From: Lama guanicoe
Lineage: Eukaryota
Direction: 5' to 3'
NCBI GenBank assembly: GCA_013239625.1
Contig: MU054323.1
Span: forward strand, 17,116,029-17,180,028
Length of the DNA: 64,000 nt
In this document: positions 35,501 through 47,749 of the stretch, piece after piece
Numbering within the stretch: the stretch's first letter is position 1
Layout of the letters: each line of letters begins with the position of its first letter
Translations under genes and position numbers: made by a program
The notes under the pieces: model-generated
Databases searched by the model: none
Told to the model about the DNA's origin: nothing
The model's input: only the letters and a program-made list of their open reading frames with translations

Positions 35501-38260
35501 CGGCCGCGAGTAGTCATGGGGGAAAGGACAAGTCCGCGTAAGAATCCCACATGTGAGATGAGAGACATGAATCAAGACAAATGGACTTCATGAAGGCAGT
35601 GAGTTTTTCCTTCACTTCCATAGGGCAGGTTATTATAACTCTGTCAGGAATGCAAATAGAGGAAGATTTAAGGCCTTGTGCCAGAGATCTGGAATGTTTC
35701 ATTGACTCCTGTTTCTAATACTCAGGTCTACATCATCTTCCTGCAAGGACCAGGCAGCTGTAGTTGCCAGAGTGACACTCACATGAGATCTCTTTGTTGA
35801 GGTCATCTATAGATTTGACCTCATTCCTGGCTCACTGTCACTCCAACACCACTCTTGTCATAATTCTTATTTCATTTTCTATATTGATACTACCCCTGAC
35901 CTCGCAGCTTCTTACATCCCCTCTTCCAATGATCTTGTCCTCCAACCTTCTCAGCTACTCACTCCTATGGTCTTTGGATCATACCCTTGACTTCGTCATT
36001 ACCTCTTACTGCAGCCTTCTATGATCACTATTTAAGGAGTCTGTTTCAGCCTCAGTAATTCTTCCATGCCACAAGAACCTGTATTCACTTGATCCTACCA
36101 CCCTTTTACTGTTCACCTCCTCCCTCACTTAGATCAGAAGCCCATCATTAGAATCACCTCTTTCCATATGCTCTCAGCTCCCTTGCCCCTCTCCTTTTTC
36201 TTTGTATTCTCTTAACAGCCCTGATTAATCCTACCCCTCCACACACACCCTCTGCAGCTGCCACCACACAGCTATTGGTCTCACCCAAAATTCATGACAG
36301 TAACCTCAAGTGGGTCCTTAGTGGTTCCTGCAGTCTGACTTCCCCTGAAATGGAGAAAGAGAAATACAGCCTTAAGCCACCTGCCTGTCCCAGCGCTGTA
36401 ACCCCGCATCTTTGGGTCTGAACCTACCATCTGCCAGGCTTTGCTGCTCAGACCTCAGCGCATACCCAGCCAGCTTTACACAGGAGAATAAGAAATCCTC
36501 TTCAGAAAACAGCTTCTCTCTGCCAACACCACAGCTTTCTGGTGACTTCAAAACAAATCTGGTGACGTGACATCCTCTCTGAAGGCACCCTTTCCATTTC
36601 CGCTTCACTTTCTGTACACTCAGAGCTGCTGAGAGAGCTATTTTGACATCTCCTTCTATTCTTAGCACCAAAGCACAAACTCACATATGCAGATAAACCA
36701 AAATTAAAAGAACTGCACGTTTGTTTTCCAAATTCTTAGAAAAATCAAGAATACTTGAGGGTTGAGGGTGGGAGGGGCTGCAACCAAGTCACTCCAGGGC
36801 AAGGTGGAAAGTGTCTGAGTGGGGCCTGGAGACTTTGACACTGTGGAGATGTGTCACTTCGGGCAAGTCCCTTTAGCTGGCCGGGTCCCAACCTCACCAT
36901 CTGCAGAGCAAGGGAACTGGATGAGGTAATTCCACAGGATGCTACAACATTCATAGTTGCCCCTGTTTTTTTCTGCCTCTACTTCATTCATTCATCAGTT
37001 TTTTAATCAAGTAAAGGCTCTTAATGCTTAATGCTTAGAGGGTACAAAAGTCAACAGGACACAATCCTTACCCTTCAAGGGCTCAAATTCCTTATAGATA
37101 GCTAGCTTAATGCAATCCTATAATCATGCCTTAATGAGATGAATGTTTTGGGGGAAGTATGTTTTAAGTGTGATAAAGTAGAACAGGGGATTAGTTGTAG
37201 CTGTGGCGATTACAGTCCTTCACAGAGGAAAGGGCATTAGAGAATAAGCATTCTTAAATGAGCCAGTGGACTTTGCCAGAGTGTGGTGGGGGGAGGGGCA
37301 CAGAAAGGTCATTCCAGTTAGGAGAAAGGGCCCAAAGACATGGTGAATCTGGCAGGCAAATTCCACATTTCCCATATGCTGGAACATCAGGCACACGAGG
37401 AAGTGTGTTAGGGCATGAGGCTGGAAAAGATAGACTGGAACATTCTCTTTTTCTTCTCATTTAGCAAAAGTCTCATTTTAGGATTATCCCAAGTTTCTCA
37501 TTTTTAAGTCAGAGTTTCCCTGCCATTCTTGATGTCTTACCCTCCCTATATACTCTGCTTTGTGTTATATCTTTTCCTGAAATTTACCCCTTTTGTTTAA
37601 GACATCCTCCTGAAATTGTTCAAGCATATCATTTATCAGATATTTCCATGTAATGTGTAGGGCAGCAAATAAATGCAGCTTCATTTTTCAGAGAGAAAAG
37701 CTAAAGTAAACATTGTTGATTTGACTGAGATTGCTCAGTATCAGGCAAACAGACATGAAACATGCCCTACATCCTTCCTTCATGAAAGTTCCATGACTTT
37801 TTTTTCCCTTAAAGTCAAGAGAAATAAGTAGTCTTGACTGACCTGGGCAATCCCATTAGAACTGTCATAAGGGTTAGACTTTGAGTCAAATAGCTTTAAG
37901 GAAGAACTAAGTGTTGTGAACACCATAGTAAGTTGAGGGAGAAAGCATAAGTCACCACACAGAATGTGGGTTGGTGAGACTGAAATCTTCCTGGGCCCAA
38001 GGCAGCAGCTGCTTCTTTTTCCCAATCTCATTGTTTCGTAAGAAAACACTGTTGTCTTTTTAAAGTCAGTGTGGGAGGTGGTTGATCAGCCAGACTTTAC
38101 AGGACAGTAGCACCCAAGTGGGCCCAGCAGCATCCAGGATTTGGCTTCAGAGATCCCAAAAGTTCAGCTATCGTGCAGAACCGCTCAGAGTTTAGAGGAC
38201 TGACTCTGAACTCGGACAAGGTGGATGTTCATAAAGCAAGCTCTTTACATTGTGTCTCTA

Positions 38261-38274
38261 GCGCCATCTACCGG
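38261..38274 (-). promoter_or_regulatory. Candidate CTCF motif
   Basis: Minus strand CCGGTAGATGGCGC closely fits the CTCF core consensus CCASYAGRKGGCRS. Confidence 0.55.
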
Positions 38275-41254
38275 GAAACCAAAGAGCCTTCCTTAGAATT
38301 ACATTTGAGGGTATCAGAAACCCAACTCAGGAAGCAAAGGGGAGCAAAGAGGAGGGAAGAGAAGTTTAGCAGACTTTGGCTAAGAAACAGAGGATTAAGT
38401 ATATTATATTGCAGTTACTTGTATTTAGATGTAAGCACTAAAACAAAAGGACAGACTTTCTAAATTATCAGAACACACACACACACACACACAAACATAG
38501 ACCATATTGTTAAAGATATTTTTAGAAGCCGCTAGAATTCATAAACACAGAAAGCATACCATAAAATATGACAAACTAAAAACGCTTATAATATACATAT
38601 GTCATATTAATGCCATACAATGTCCCTATTAAACAATCTCTCAGGTTAAATCACAAAGTAAAACCCAAGAGAATGCTATGTGCAAACCAGGTAACTCAGA
38701 AAGGTTGAAAATACGAGAATTCAAAAGCAAACCAAGCAAGTGAAAACAAAATAGCAGGGGGTCTCACTCCGAACCTCAGTAAAGGCTGATTTCAGGAAGA
38801 AAGCATTAAATTACATAAAGGAAGATAACTTGTAATGATAAAAGATGCAATTCACAATGAAAGTTCACCAAAAAATGACCATATCTAAGATGAAGAAAAC
38901 CTCAGGCAGTTTTACAAAATATAACACAGACAATATTGTCCTAGAAATATTTACCAATCAGCAATGTTAGTGCTGTTTAAAAAAATAAAAGCCTATTTAT
39001 ACATCCCCTCATTAACCAACACTTTACTCCTTCCCTCCTTCCCAACCCCTACACTCCACCACCAAGAACTTCCACTAAGTGACCGGCAGACTCATCCATG
39101 TCCTCAAATGCTCCCCTAGTAGTTCCTGTAACCCTTGGCCTGAGTGGAGACCCCAGGCAATTGTGTGCCTCTCACTCTCCCACAGCTCAGGGCCCGATGG
39201 GAGAAGAATGGTCCTTCTTGTTAGCCATTGCTGCTTCCAACAGTTATTCCCCTACCCTTCCTCTTCTGTCACTTTCCCTTGTTCACCAGAGACTTTAGCA
39301 CCTGATCCATGTCTCTTTGTCTCTTGCAATCCATGTCATTGAGCTTAGTAACTCCCAGATGCAGATAAGCTGCTCACCCAGCGCCCTGCCCATCAACTCT
39401 GACCTTTCTTAGCTGCACTTCAGCCCATGTGCCCATGATTTCATCTCCAAGTCCCTGCACCCCTTCCAAAAATCATGATTTTGCAGATACAATTTTTAGA
39501 TCACATCTTCCTGTCTTGCCAGGAATTCTTCAGCCTTGTGAAGGCCGCCAATCTGTTAATCCAGCTACTTATTTTTTCCTTGTGTTCATCTGTCCTCTCT
39601 TAACATCACTTAAATCTTCATGACTTACAATCCATGACTTCTCAATATCATCATTCCCCTGCCACTGTCTTTACCTGTTTTACCCTCCTCTCCTCTCATC
39701 ACACACACCTCAAAAACTGAACAGTTTGTATACCAACCTCTCCAGGAATGGCTGCAGAACACCACAAAATGGAGCAAATTACTGTCAGTTTAAATGAATA
39801 ACTCACTTCCGATGGGTACTTTGTGACGCCTGGGGCTCCTACTCTCTCTGGTCAGCTTGATTCACTCCTTCTGCTCACTTGTCAAATTTCCCAGTCTTAT
39901 CTCTGGTGATATAGATGAAACGGATAATTTCCTGGGAAAACAGGTCAATTTGCAAATGTGACCCCTGAAAAGAAACTTTAAAGAGATTATCATAGAAAAA
40001 TAGAGAAAAACATGAGTGCATATGGAGTGGTCTAATGAAATATCTAGGAATAAATTCAGCAACAACCTCCAAGATAAACTGAAAAAAATCAATGTGGAAA
40101 CAGGCTGCATATTTGTGGGTGTACATGGATGTGCACTTACATGCTTGGATATCCTTGCAGTATCGCTGGACGGGGGCATGAGAAACAAGTAACAGTGGTT
40201 GCTTCTGCTGAAGGGAACTGGATCTGTGGGGCACAAAGAGGAGAGAAATTCTTTTACTGTAGATTTCTATTTTGTGCACTTTCATATTTGTTACCTTTTA
40301 AATTGATTACATGTGCAAATATTACCTACTCAAGAATTCCTTTTTGGAAAAATAGAAGCAAGGTAAAGGAAATAGATGCTTTTAAAGGATGTTTTCAAAT
40401 AGAACATTACTTAATTTTTCCTAAAGGTAACTCTGGTAAAAGAGAAGGATTCTCTTGGTTGAACAGTAGACGCCAGACTCTAGAATGGTCTTGGCCAGCC
40501 CTCCATGTCTCCCTCAGGTGCTCCCCTGGGAGCACTCAGACCCCAGTCCTCACACACCAAGGAAGACTACATTTCTCAGCAGCAGCTCTGAGTTAAGAAA
40601 AGGATGATACCCTCTTTTCACCCAAAGACATGAGGTTCATGTTTCTTCTCAGTATTCAGGAACTCACAGAAGCAGAACCAAATGCTTTAAATGACTAAAA
40701 GTCAGTTCTCCTTTTACTCATTTAATTCTTTAAAAGGTAAGGTACAAGTTCCTGATTTTCCTTAGCCTCCGAAGAGTCCAGCCCCACTTTGCATGCTATA
40801 TCTCTCCTCTAAAAATAGCGAAAACCAAGTTCCTAAAACATCTCCATCTGACCACATGAAAGGGAAAATAACTCACCCTAAAAGAGTATGTTAAATACCT
40901 AATGTTTGTACTTACCTTTAAAATATATGATACAGTTCTGGGACAATACAAAAGCTCTTAAAGGGACTAAACTGTATCATTGTGTAAGGCTCTGAAACAG
41001 AGCCCCTTTCTTCTTTCCCCCTTGAAAAAGATTGGCCAGATTGCTTTGCCTGCTGCAGAGGAGCCTGGGATTCTTCGTATCTGGGGCAAGATCCAAGGAC
41101 CAGGGGCTTCTCACTCCTAAGCGGGTCATACTTTTAGAGGGTTGGGTGGTGTGCGCCTCTGCTGTCATTTGTTCCCAGGGTTTGCCAGCTCTGCTGCTCA
41201 GAGCCTGTACTGGCTTCACTCTGGCTTTTATATTTATGTATTTTATATTGTATA

Positions 41255-41446
41255 CAGTTGACCCTTGAACAAGGGACACCGAACCTCCATGCAGTTGAAA
41301 ATCTATATAGATTTATAGTCAGCCCTTCAAATCTGCGGATTCAACCAATCAAGGACAGTGCATTACTGTAGCTAAGTATTATTGAAAAAAATCCGTGTAT
41401 AGGTGGACCCATGTATTTCAGACCCACATTGTTCAAGGGTCAACTG
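41255..41446. mobile_element. Tigger2-type TcMar MITE
   Basis: Perfect 18 bp TIRs CAGTTGACCCTTGAACAA / TTGTTCAAGGGTCAACTG, TA target duplication on both sides. Confidence 0.88.
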
Positions 41447-41635
41447 TATATGTATATTTATTTTATGTGTGTATTGAGCTTCCCTCTGACATAATTAATT
41501 TGGCAGCAGTGAGGTGGAGGCTGAAAGTCAGTGATAAATTAGCTTATTTGTCATACTGATGAAAAACCCTAGGCTCAAAGACATGACTCCATCTAACTTA
41601 ATCTCTTTCCTCATCTGAGGCATTTGACACCACCA

Positions 41636-41638
<3 letters not shown>

Positions 41639-41692
<54 letters not shown>
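41639..41692. repeat. (CA)27 microsatellite
   Basis: Uninterrupted CA run; a shorter (CA)n lies at ~38474-38493. Confidence 0.95.
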
Positions 41693-41695
<3 letters not shown>

Positions 41696-42616
41696 CTTGT
41701 ACTCAAGCTGTTTCCTCCACATCGAATATTATTCAACCTTCTTCGCCCATTCAACCTAATATGATCTCACCTCAGGTCTCAGCTTGACCACTTTTACTTT
41801 CATCCGTGACATCTCCCTAGTCTGCCACATCTAAGCCAGCCCAGTCCCACTGTCTGCCTTCTTTCTTACAGCTGTGCTTCTACTAGAGCACTCCTCACAC
41901 TCTTAGGATCATGAGCTGCTTTTATGTCCATTCCCTCCTCCAGACAAGTGGCTTAAGAAGGCAGGTTCCCTGTCTCATTTACCTATGTAGTGTCCCTGCC
42001 CATCAGAGTGCCTGGCATACAGTAGGTATTTATTAAGTGTTGATCAACCAAAAGAGTGACTTGGTGAATGGCTCCTAGTCCACTGCTCTAGCTCTGATAC
42101 ATTCCAAGAATATTCCGACCAGGAGGAAGCTTCCTCACTTTTCCTAGACTTTCTTAACTAAGTTCAAAATACCAGCATACCCTGTTTGAGATGGTTCGGC
42201 CTAGCATCTAGCGAAGAACAGACCCGAAAGTTAGGAGGAGAAGGAAAGCTGGTAAAGCCAAATGGCACAATATTCAGAAGAATGTAAAGCCCCTATTGTA
42301 GCCTTTCGGCAAATGTGTCTAGACGACTGTCTGTTGAGAAATTCTCTCTCTCCTTTGGATCTCCAGTGAAATTACAAGATAATCCCGATTCCTCTTTTTC
42401 ACACTCAAGGCCCTGATTTCAGTGGTTTTAGTAGAGCAGAAGACGTGCTAAACTGTTTTCACGTATTTTATCAACTCTAAGATGCTATCAATTGTAAAGT
42501 TCACCCTTATTTTACATACCATGAAGGAAAAAAAAACACCTCTGCCAGTTAAACTATGACATGATTTCAGAAATTTTAAAATATGAAAATGAGTGTCTTA
42601 AGTTGATGACATACAG

Positions 42617-42741
42617 GTGGGAGGGTATAGCTCAAGTGGTAGAGTGCATGCTTAGCATCCAGTCCTAGGTTCAGTCTTCAATACCTCCATCAAAAAAACA
42701 TACATAAAACCCAATTGCCTCCCCCTCTCCACACACACAAA
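42617..42741 (+). mobile_element. Vic-1-like SINE with a perfect 17 bp TSD
   Basis: AAGTTGATGACATACAG at 42600-42616 and 42742-42758. Confidence 0.9.
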
Positions 42742-43808
42742 AAGTTGATGACATACAGTATATCAACATCACAGGTTGTTGTTTGATGTATCAAGTATGT
42801 GGGTCTGTTTCCTCATCTGTTACACGAGTGGTTTGGACCAGGTGAGCTCTGAGAACTCTTCTGGTCCCAACACCCTTGAGTTCTGTAATACCACAAAGGG
42901 ATGTTCTTGATTGGGCATCGTTGGTTATATAATAACCACCAGGGTGGGGCTCCTATCCAGGTTCCTTCTATGCTTTGCCCTTTAAGAATTGAGGGTCCTC
43001 ACACAGCAGTGTCCTCCCTCAGGACTGGCCACCCACCCATATCATTGTGAAGAGGCTTCAGAATGTCCCACCTTGATAAGGACAAATACACTGCCCTTAC
43101 AGGTTGAAGAATCTGGCTTACAAACAGGATGGGGGCAGTGCTTGTCAACTCTAACTCTTCCAAGGAATCACTCCTAGAGACAAAGCTTTCATTCAAAGGA
43201 TTGAATCTAAAATTGGCTAGAAGAGTGGCCATATATCTTAGTTTGCCCCAAACTGTCCCTGTTAACTCATTTGTCCCAGTGTTATTATTAACAGCCCCCT
43301 CCTAGGCTTAGCGTTTACAGACTGATCAGGGAAGTGATTAGGGGAGAGTGGTTATCAGTGTCCCTTTGGCTACTGATGGCGCCAAATGGTTTGAGAACCA
43401 CTAATCTCAGGGGCATTTTAAGCATCTGGTTAGCCAGTGCCAGGTGCTCAAGCTTGGTTATGAGCCCTGAGATATTTCAGCATTAAAGCAAGAAATGTCT
43501 TCAGGGTGATTGACTCAACGGTTAGGACAACCCTTTATCCAGCTCATTCCTTAATGAAAATTATGCGTTTCCTTGATTTTTGTACTGTTTTCACACTTGA
43601 ATGATTATGAATGTTATAGCTACTGCATCTTGCAATCAATAGCATCTTACAATTAAGGAAACCCAATAATTTATTCTCCTTAGAATCTGGGTTCCTATCA
43701 CCTTTACAAATTGAACTGAAGGCTGAGAGGGTAGAACTAGTGGGTCTTTAACATATAAAGATTTTATTTAGGCATTTATCACTCTTTTTTTCTGCCTCTT
43801 TCCACCAG

Positions 43809-43950
43809 GAGAAGTTGCTCCAGTGCAAGGAACTGCATTTGACCTGAGGAAGCCAGTGGAGCTTGGAAAACATCTGCAGGAGTTCCACATCAATGGCTTT
43901 GACCACAATTTCTGTCTAAAGGGATCTAAAGAAAAGCATTTTTGTGCACG
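43809..43950 (+). CDS. GALM: GALM coding exon 5
   Basis: Acceptor ttttccaccag|; GEVAPVQGTAFDLRKPVELGKHLQEFHINGFDHNFCLKGSKEKHFCAR; donor ACG|gtaggt; 142 nt. Confidence 0.97.
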
Positions 43951-44249
43951 GTAGGTACTTTTCACTTGCTGCCTCTTTTAGGAAGGAGAGATACCAACTT
44001 CTGTTTGGGGAGCTTTTCCTCTGGCTATGTCCATGCCATTTACGTTACTACAGGGGACCAAGTACCACATCCCATGTCTTTTCAAAGCTTCCATTCCTCA
44101 GATGAATGTATCCCCCCCTTCCCCCACCTTGTCCCTGCTCTGTGACTGGGTCTGATTCCTGTCTCAAAGCTGCCTCCCAACTTCTGTGTCCTTGCCTGCT
44201 TTTCCACCCTGAACCTGTACATATACATGTGCTCTGGCTTTATCTCCAG

Positions 44250-44424
44250 GGTCCATCATGCTGGAAGTGGGCGGGTACTGGAAGTGTACACCACCCAGCC
44301 TGGGGTGCAGTTTTACACGGGCAACTTCCTGGACGGCACGCTGAAGGGCAAGAGTGGAGCGGTCTATCCCAAGCACTCCGGTTTCTGCCTCGAGACTCAG
44401 AACTGGCCTGATGCAGTCAATCAG
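44250..44424 (+). CDS. GALM: GALM coding exon 6
   Basis: Acceptor tatctccag|; [58 protein letters not shown], including catalytic Glu307; donor CAG|gtaaat; 175 nt. Confidence 0.97.
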
Positions 44425-44621
44425 GTAAATCCACAGGCCAATTTGTCAAAATGGTATTGTAGCCAAGGTCACACCACATGACAGAGGTCACGACACAAGT
44501 CAGGTCTGTGTGATTCAGAAGTCTGTGTGTATTCTTTTCTCTAAGTCATGGTAAGCACAGGAAACAGTCAAGTTACTAACATGGCAGTCACGTTTTTTAA
44601 AAAATTTCGTATTTAAAAAAA

Positions 44622-44750
44622 TTTTTTAATTTTTTCTTGGAGGGGGTAGGTAATTAGGTTTATTTATTTATGCTTAGAGGAGATACTGGGATTGAACCAA
44701 GGACCTCAGGCATGCTAAGCGTGCACTCCCACTTGAGATATACCCTCCCC
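44622..44750 (-). mobile_element. Vic-1-like SINE in GALM intron 6
   Basis: Minus strand GGGGAGGGTATATCTCAAGTGGGAGTGCACGCTTAGCATG...AACCTAATTACCTACCCCC. Confidence 0.85.
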
Positions 44751-45206
44751 GCTAAAAATCTTGTAGTTTATACCTTCAAAGTCTTTCTGCAATTTAATGT
44801 TTCTCCTTGTCAATACCTACTAATTTTATGCAGCCACATGATTAAGATGATCCTCCATATTTTCTTATTTGCTTCTTCTGAACTTTCTTTTCTAGTTATT
44901 GCTAGAGTAATGCTTCTCAAAGCTCCAGCCCATAAGACACTTGCAGTTTACACCAGAATGTAAATCAACACTGCTTCTTTCATTAAGAAAGTCTTCGCTG
45001 TGACAAAGCATACTTAGTGATGTGGATGGTTTTTATTCTGGCTCAAGTTCCTTATCTCATTGCAAACCAGTAATAAATAGCTCTTACACTGGCAACTGGT
45101 TCACAGAGCTGGTCTAGAGACCAGTTCAGAAGCCATCCTAAATGGTTAAGGGTACAACCCAACCCAAGTTGGCAAGGTGTATCCTGTATTGTTTTCCCCT
45201 TCACAG

Positions 45207-45284
45207 CCCCACTTCCCTCCTGTGCTGCTGAAGCCTGGCGAGGACTATGACCACACCACTTGGTTCAAGTTTTCTGTGGCTTAA
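45207..45284 (+). CDS. GALM: GALM coding exon 7 (to stop)
   Basis: Acceptor ttcacag|; PHFPPVLLKPGEDYDHTTWFKFSVA-TAA; the seven exons sum to 1029 nt = 342 aa + stop. Confidence 0.97.
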   Translation, partial: PHFPPVLLKPGEDYDHTTWFKFSVA

Positions 45285-46359
45285 GGAAGTGTGAAGACCT
45301 GCTCCAGGGCCAGGCTGGGACCCCCTCCAGCAGCCTGTCTCCTATGCAGAGATGAGATGAAGATTTAGAGGCGCTAAATGTGATCTGGTGAATTAAAATC
45401 ATACAAATGGTAGCTGTCATGATCATCAGTCTGAATATCGATTTTCTTTTCCAATGACTGGCTCTAAGCCAGGTCTAATGACCAGTTTTGTTCTGTGTAG
45501 TGAAGAGGTCCCAACCACCAATGTCATCATCTAAGCACTGACCCTAGCCTAGAAGTGGTACCCAGGCTCCTTGTGCTCTGTTAGCTCCATCTCTCTACCC
45601 TTCCTGTTTCTTTCTACTTCTCACCCTTCCTTTGATCCTACTCTCATTCCTTTTCTTTCCCTCCTTCCCTACCTCAAACCACTTTGCCCTGTGCAGCACT
45701 TAGGTTTCAGAGGTCACTGAGCTCATGCAACATGCTGGCAGAGGGATATCTCTGCCTTATTAAGGCAGTAGACTGAGAAGTGAGCCAGCTGGGACTTAGA
45801 GAGGGTTAAATGACCCACCTATAAAGGCACCCAGCTAGGAAAAATTTTAGCCAGGACTTGAGGTCAGGTCATGTGAATTCAAGTCCCCTTCTCTGCCTCC
45901 ACTTTAGTCTTCCAGAGCATTTCTTGGGTCCCTGATGGACAAAGAGGGGTCTGACCCTTACTCTGTTAGAGCCAGCCTTTCCTCCAAGATTCACTTTTAT
46001 AAGAAGCATTAGTCTGAGTTTAACTGTCTGTGTGCCTTACTCATGGTAGGACTTAAAAGTGCAGGATCAAAATATCCAGGAAGAATCTGTAATTTTGAGT
46101 CTCTGTCTTTGGGGTTAACTGAGAAAGCCTAGCCCAGCCAAGGCATGGGAAGGAAGCTGTTGGAGACATTAGCTGTGTTACTGTGAAGAAAGGACCTTAG
46201 TTGAGGACTGCACATTGCACCTGAAGCAGACGTTGTATTATGTAACTGAGACAGGGGGGCTCCTTCCTTTCCTGAACAACTGCATCAACAGTGATGGGTT
46301 TGGGTTGGTGGCTTTTAAAGAAATGTGTCTTACACTATTATACACTAACAATCAGTTGA

Positions 46360-46365
46360 AATAAA
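46360..46365 (+). terminator. GALM: Probable GALM polyadenylation signal AATAAA
   Basis: First canonical AATAAA seen ~1.1 kb after the stop, followed by a U-rich tract; a variant ATTAAA also lies at 45392-45397. Confidence 0.65.
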
Positions 46366-47749
46366 ACCAAAATCTGCACCTTCAGAAGATTCCCAGTTTC
46401 TTTACTCGTCTTTAGATCTGTCAGTCATGGACCTTTGAGAAATGGACCAAGTATATATGGTGTGTTCTAGACTGTACTATGTATTCCAATATAAGCCCCA
46501 TCAAATTGCTAGAAAACTACCTAAAAAGTGTACTTCTCCTCTCTTAGCAACAGTAAACCAAAGATAGTGTTTATTTTTTAATTCATTCCAGCATGTTTTT
46601 TCTCATTACCTATTGTGTACACAGTTCTCTGCTAGGTCTTTTAAGGGATTCAAGAGGTAATGTCCAAGATGCAGTACGTTCCTTAGGGATATCAGTCTCT
46701 CTGGGGAAGACAGGAGTAGCAGTTAAAACTAGATGATGAAGAACTGCACCATGACAGAGTTGGGAGCCCTGAGCACTAACTTTGCTCCTGGCCTTTTCTA
46801 TATGGGCAAACAATCCAATTTCTCTTGGCCTCAGTTTTCTCACCTGTGAGGCAAAGGGATTAGACTTTAATTATCTGGGAAGTGAGTATACGGCTGCAGG
46901 TTGGAACTAAACCTAAACCTGGCCACTGATACAATTCATGTGAGGTGGTGGGAAAAAAACATGGTATTCAATATGAAAAACACCATATATAATTACAGAA
47001 TTATTTAAGCCTTGTTTGAAAATGCAAATACCCACTCTAATGCAACCCCTCCCTGAAAGAATAAGCCTCCAGCCCCCACTGAGTCCATGCCTTCTTCAGC
47101 ACACACCCCCACCCACGACCAGACTAGTGCTGTAGTGCTGAGTTCTGACCTTTCCCAGGTGAGCATATCACTGACTTCAGTTCAATGATTTATGGATTCC
47201 TGTTTGTTTCAAATTCATATGGCTTAAGGTCTTATCATTAGCTATCAGATTTTCATTTTTCCAGTTCCCAATCATTTTGTCTAACAAGGTGAGATGTAAT
47301 AACTGCACAAATATTGCTGTAAAGTCTAACTAAGATGGCATGCTGTGGAGGCTGAAGTGTTGTGACCGTTAGGTGACCACTGATAATCCAATCTCAGAAG
47401 AATAAAGAATGTCAGTGTCAATGAATAAGTGGACAGTTTGTGAAAAGTAGAACATGAGAAATTCTAGTACTATGAGCAGAAGACAGGAGGGAAACACAGC
47501 ATATATATACCCTGTTCCCTAGCTAGTTCCCATGATTGGTTGTAACTATTTTAAACAACTGGATCTTAAGTTTGCAGTGGGCTATATGGGTAGTTTTGAC
47601 CTGAGCGCAGTCCTTTTCCAATTGAGGCATTTATCTTCTCCCTTTAAGTTCCAACTCTCCTCCAATTAAATTACTCAAATGATAATAAACATCTCAGATG
47701 CTCTGGGTAGCACTACCAGCTATTCCCAAGTAAGGTCAGCCAATCTCCT

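Noticed and set aside
35735..35780. Minus-strand HSGNYSC, resembling an Ig-domain motif, in the duplicated segment
   Set aside because: Stop follows within a few codons in both copies and no other Ig features are present; likely chance
39862..40596. Cluster of 124-155 aa ORFs
   Set aside because: Overlaps degenerate L1 3'UTR-like sequence; no recognisable protein or clear splice structure
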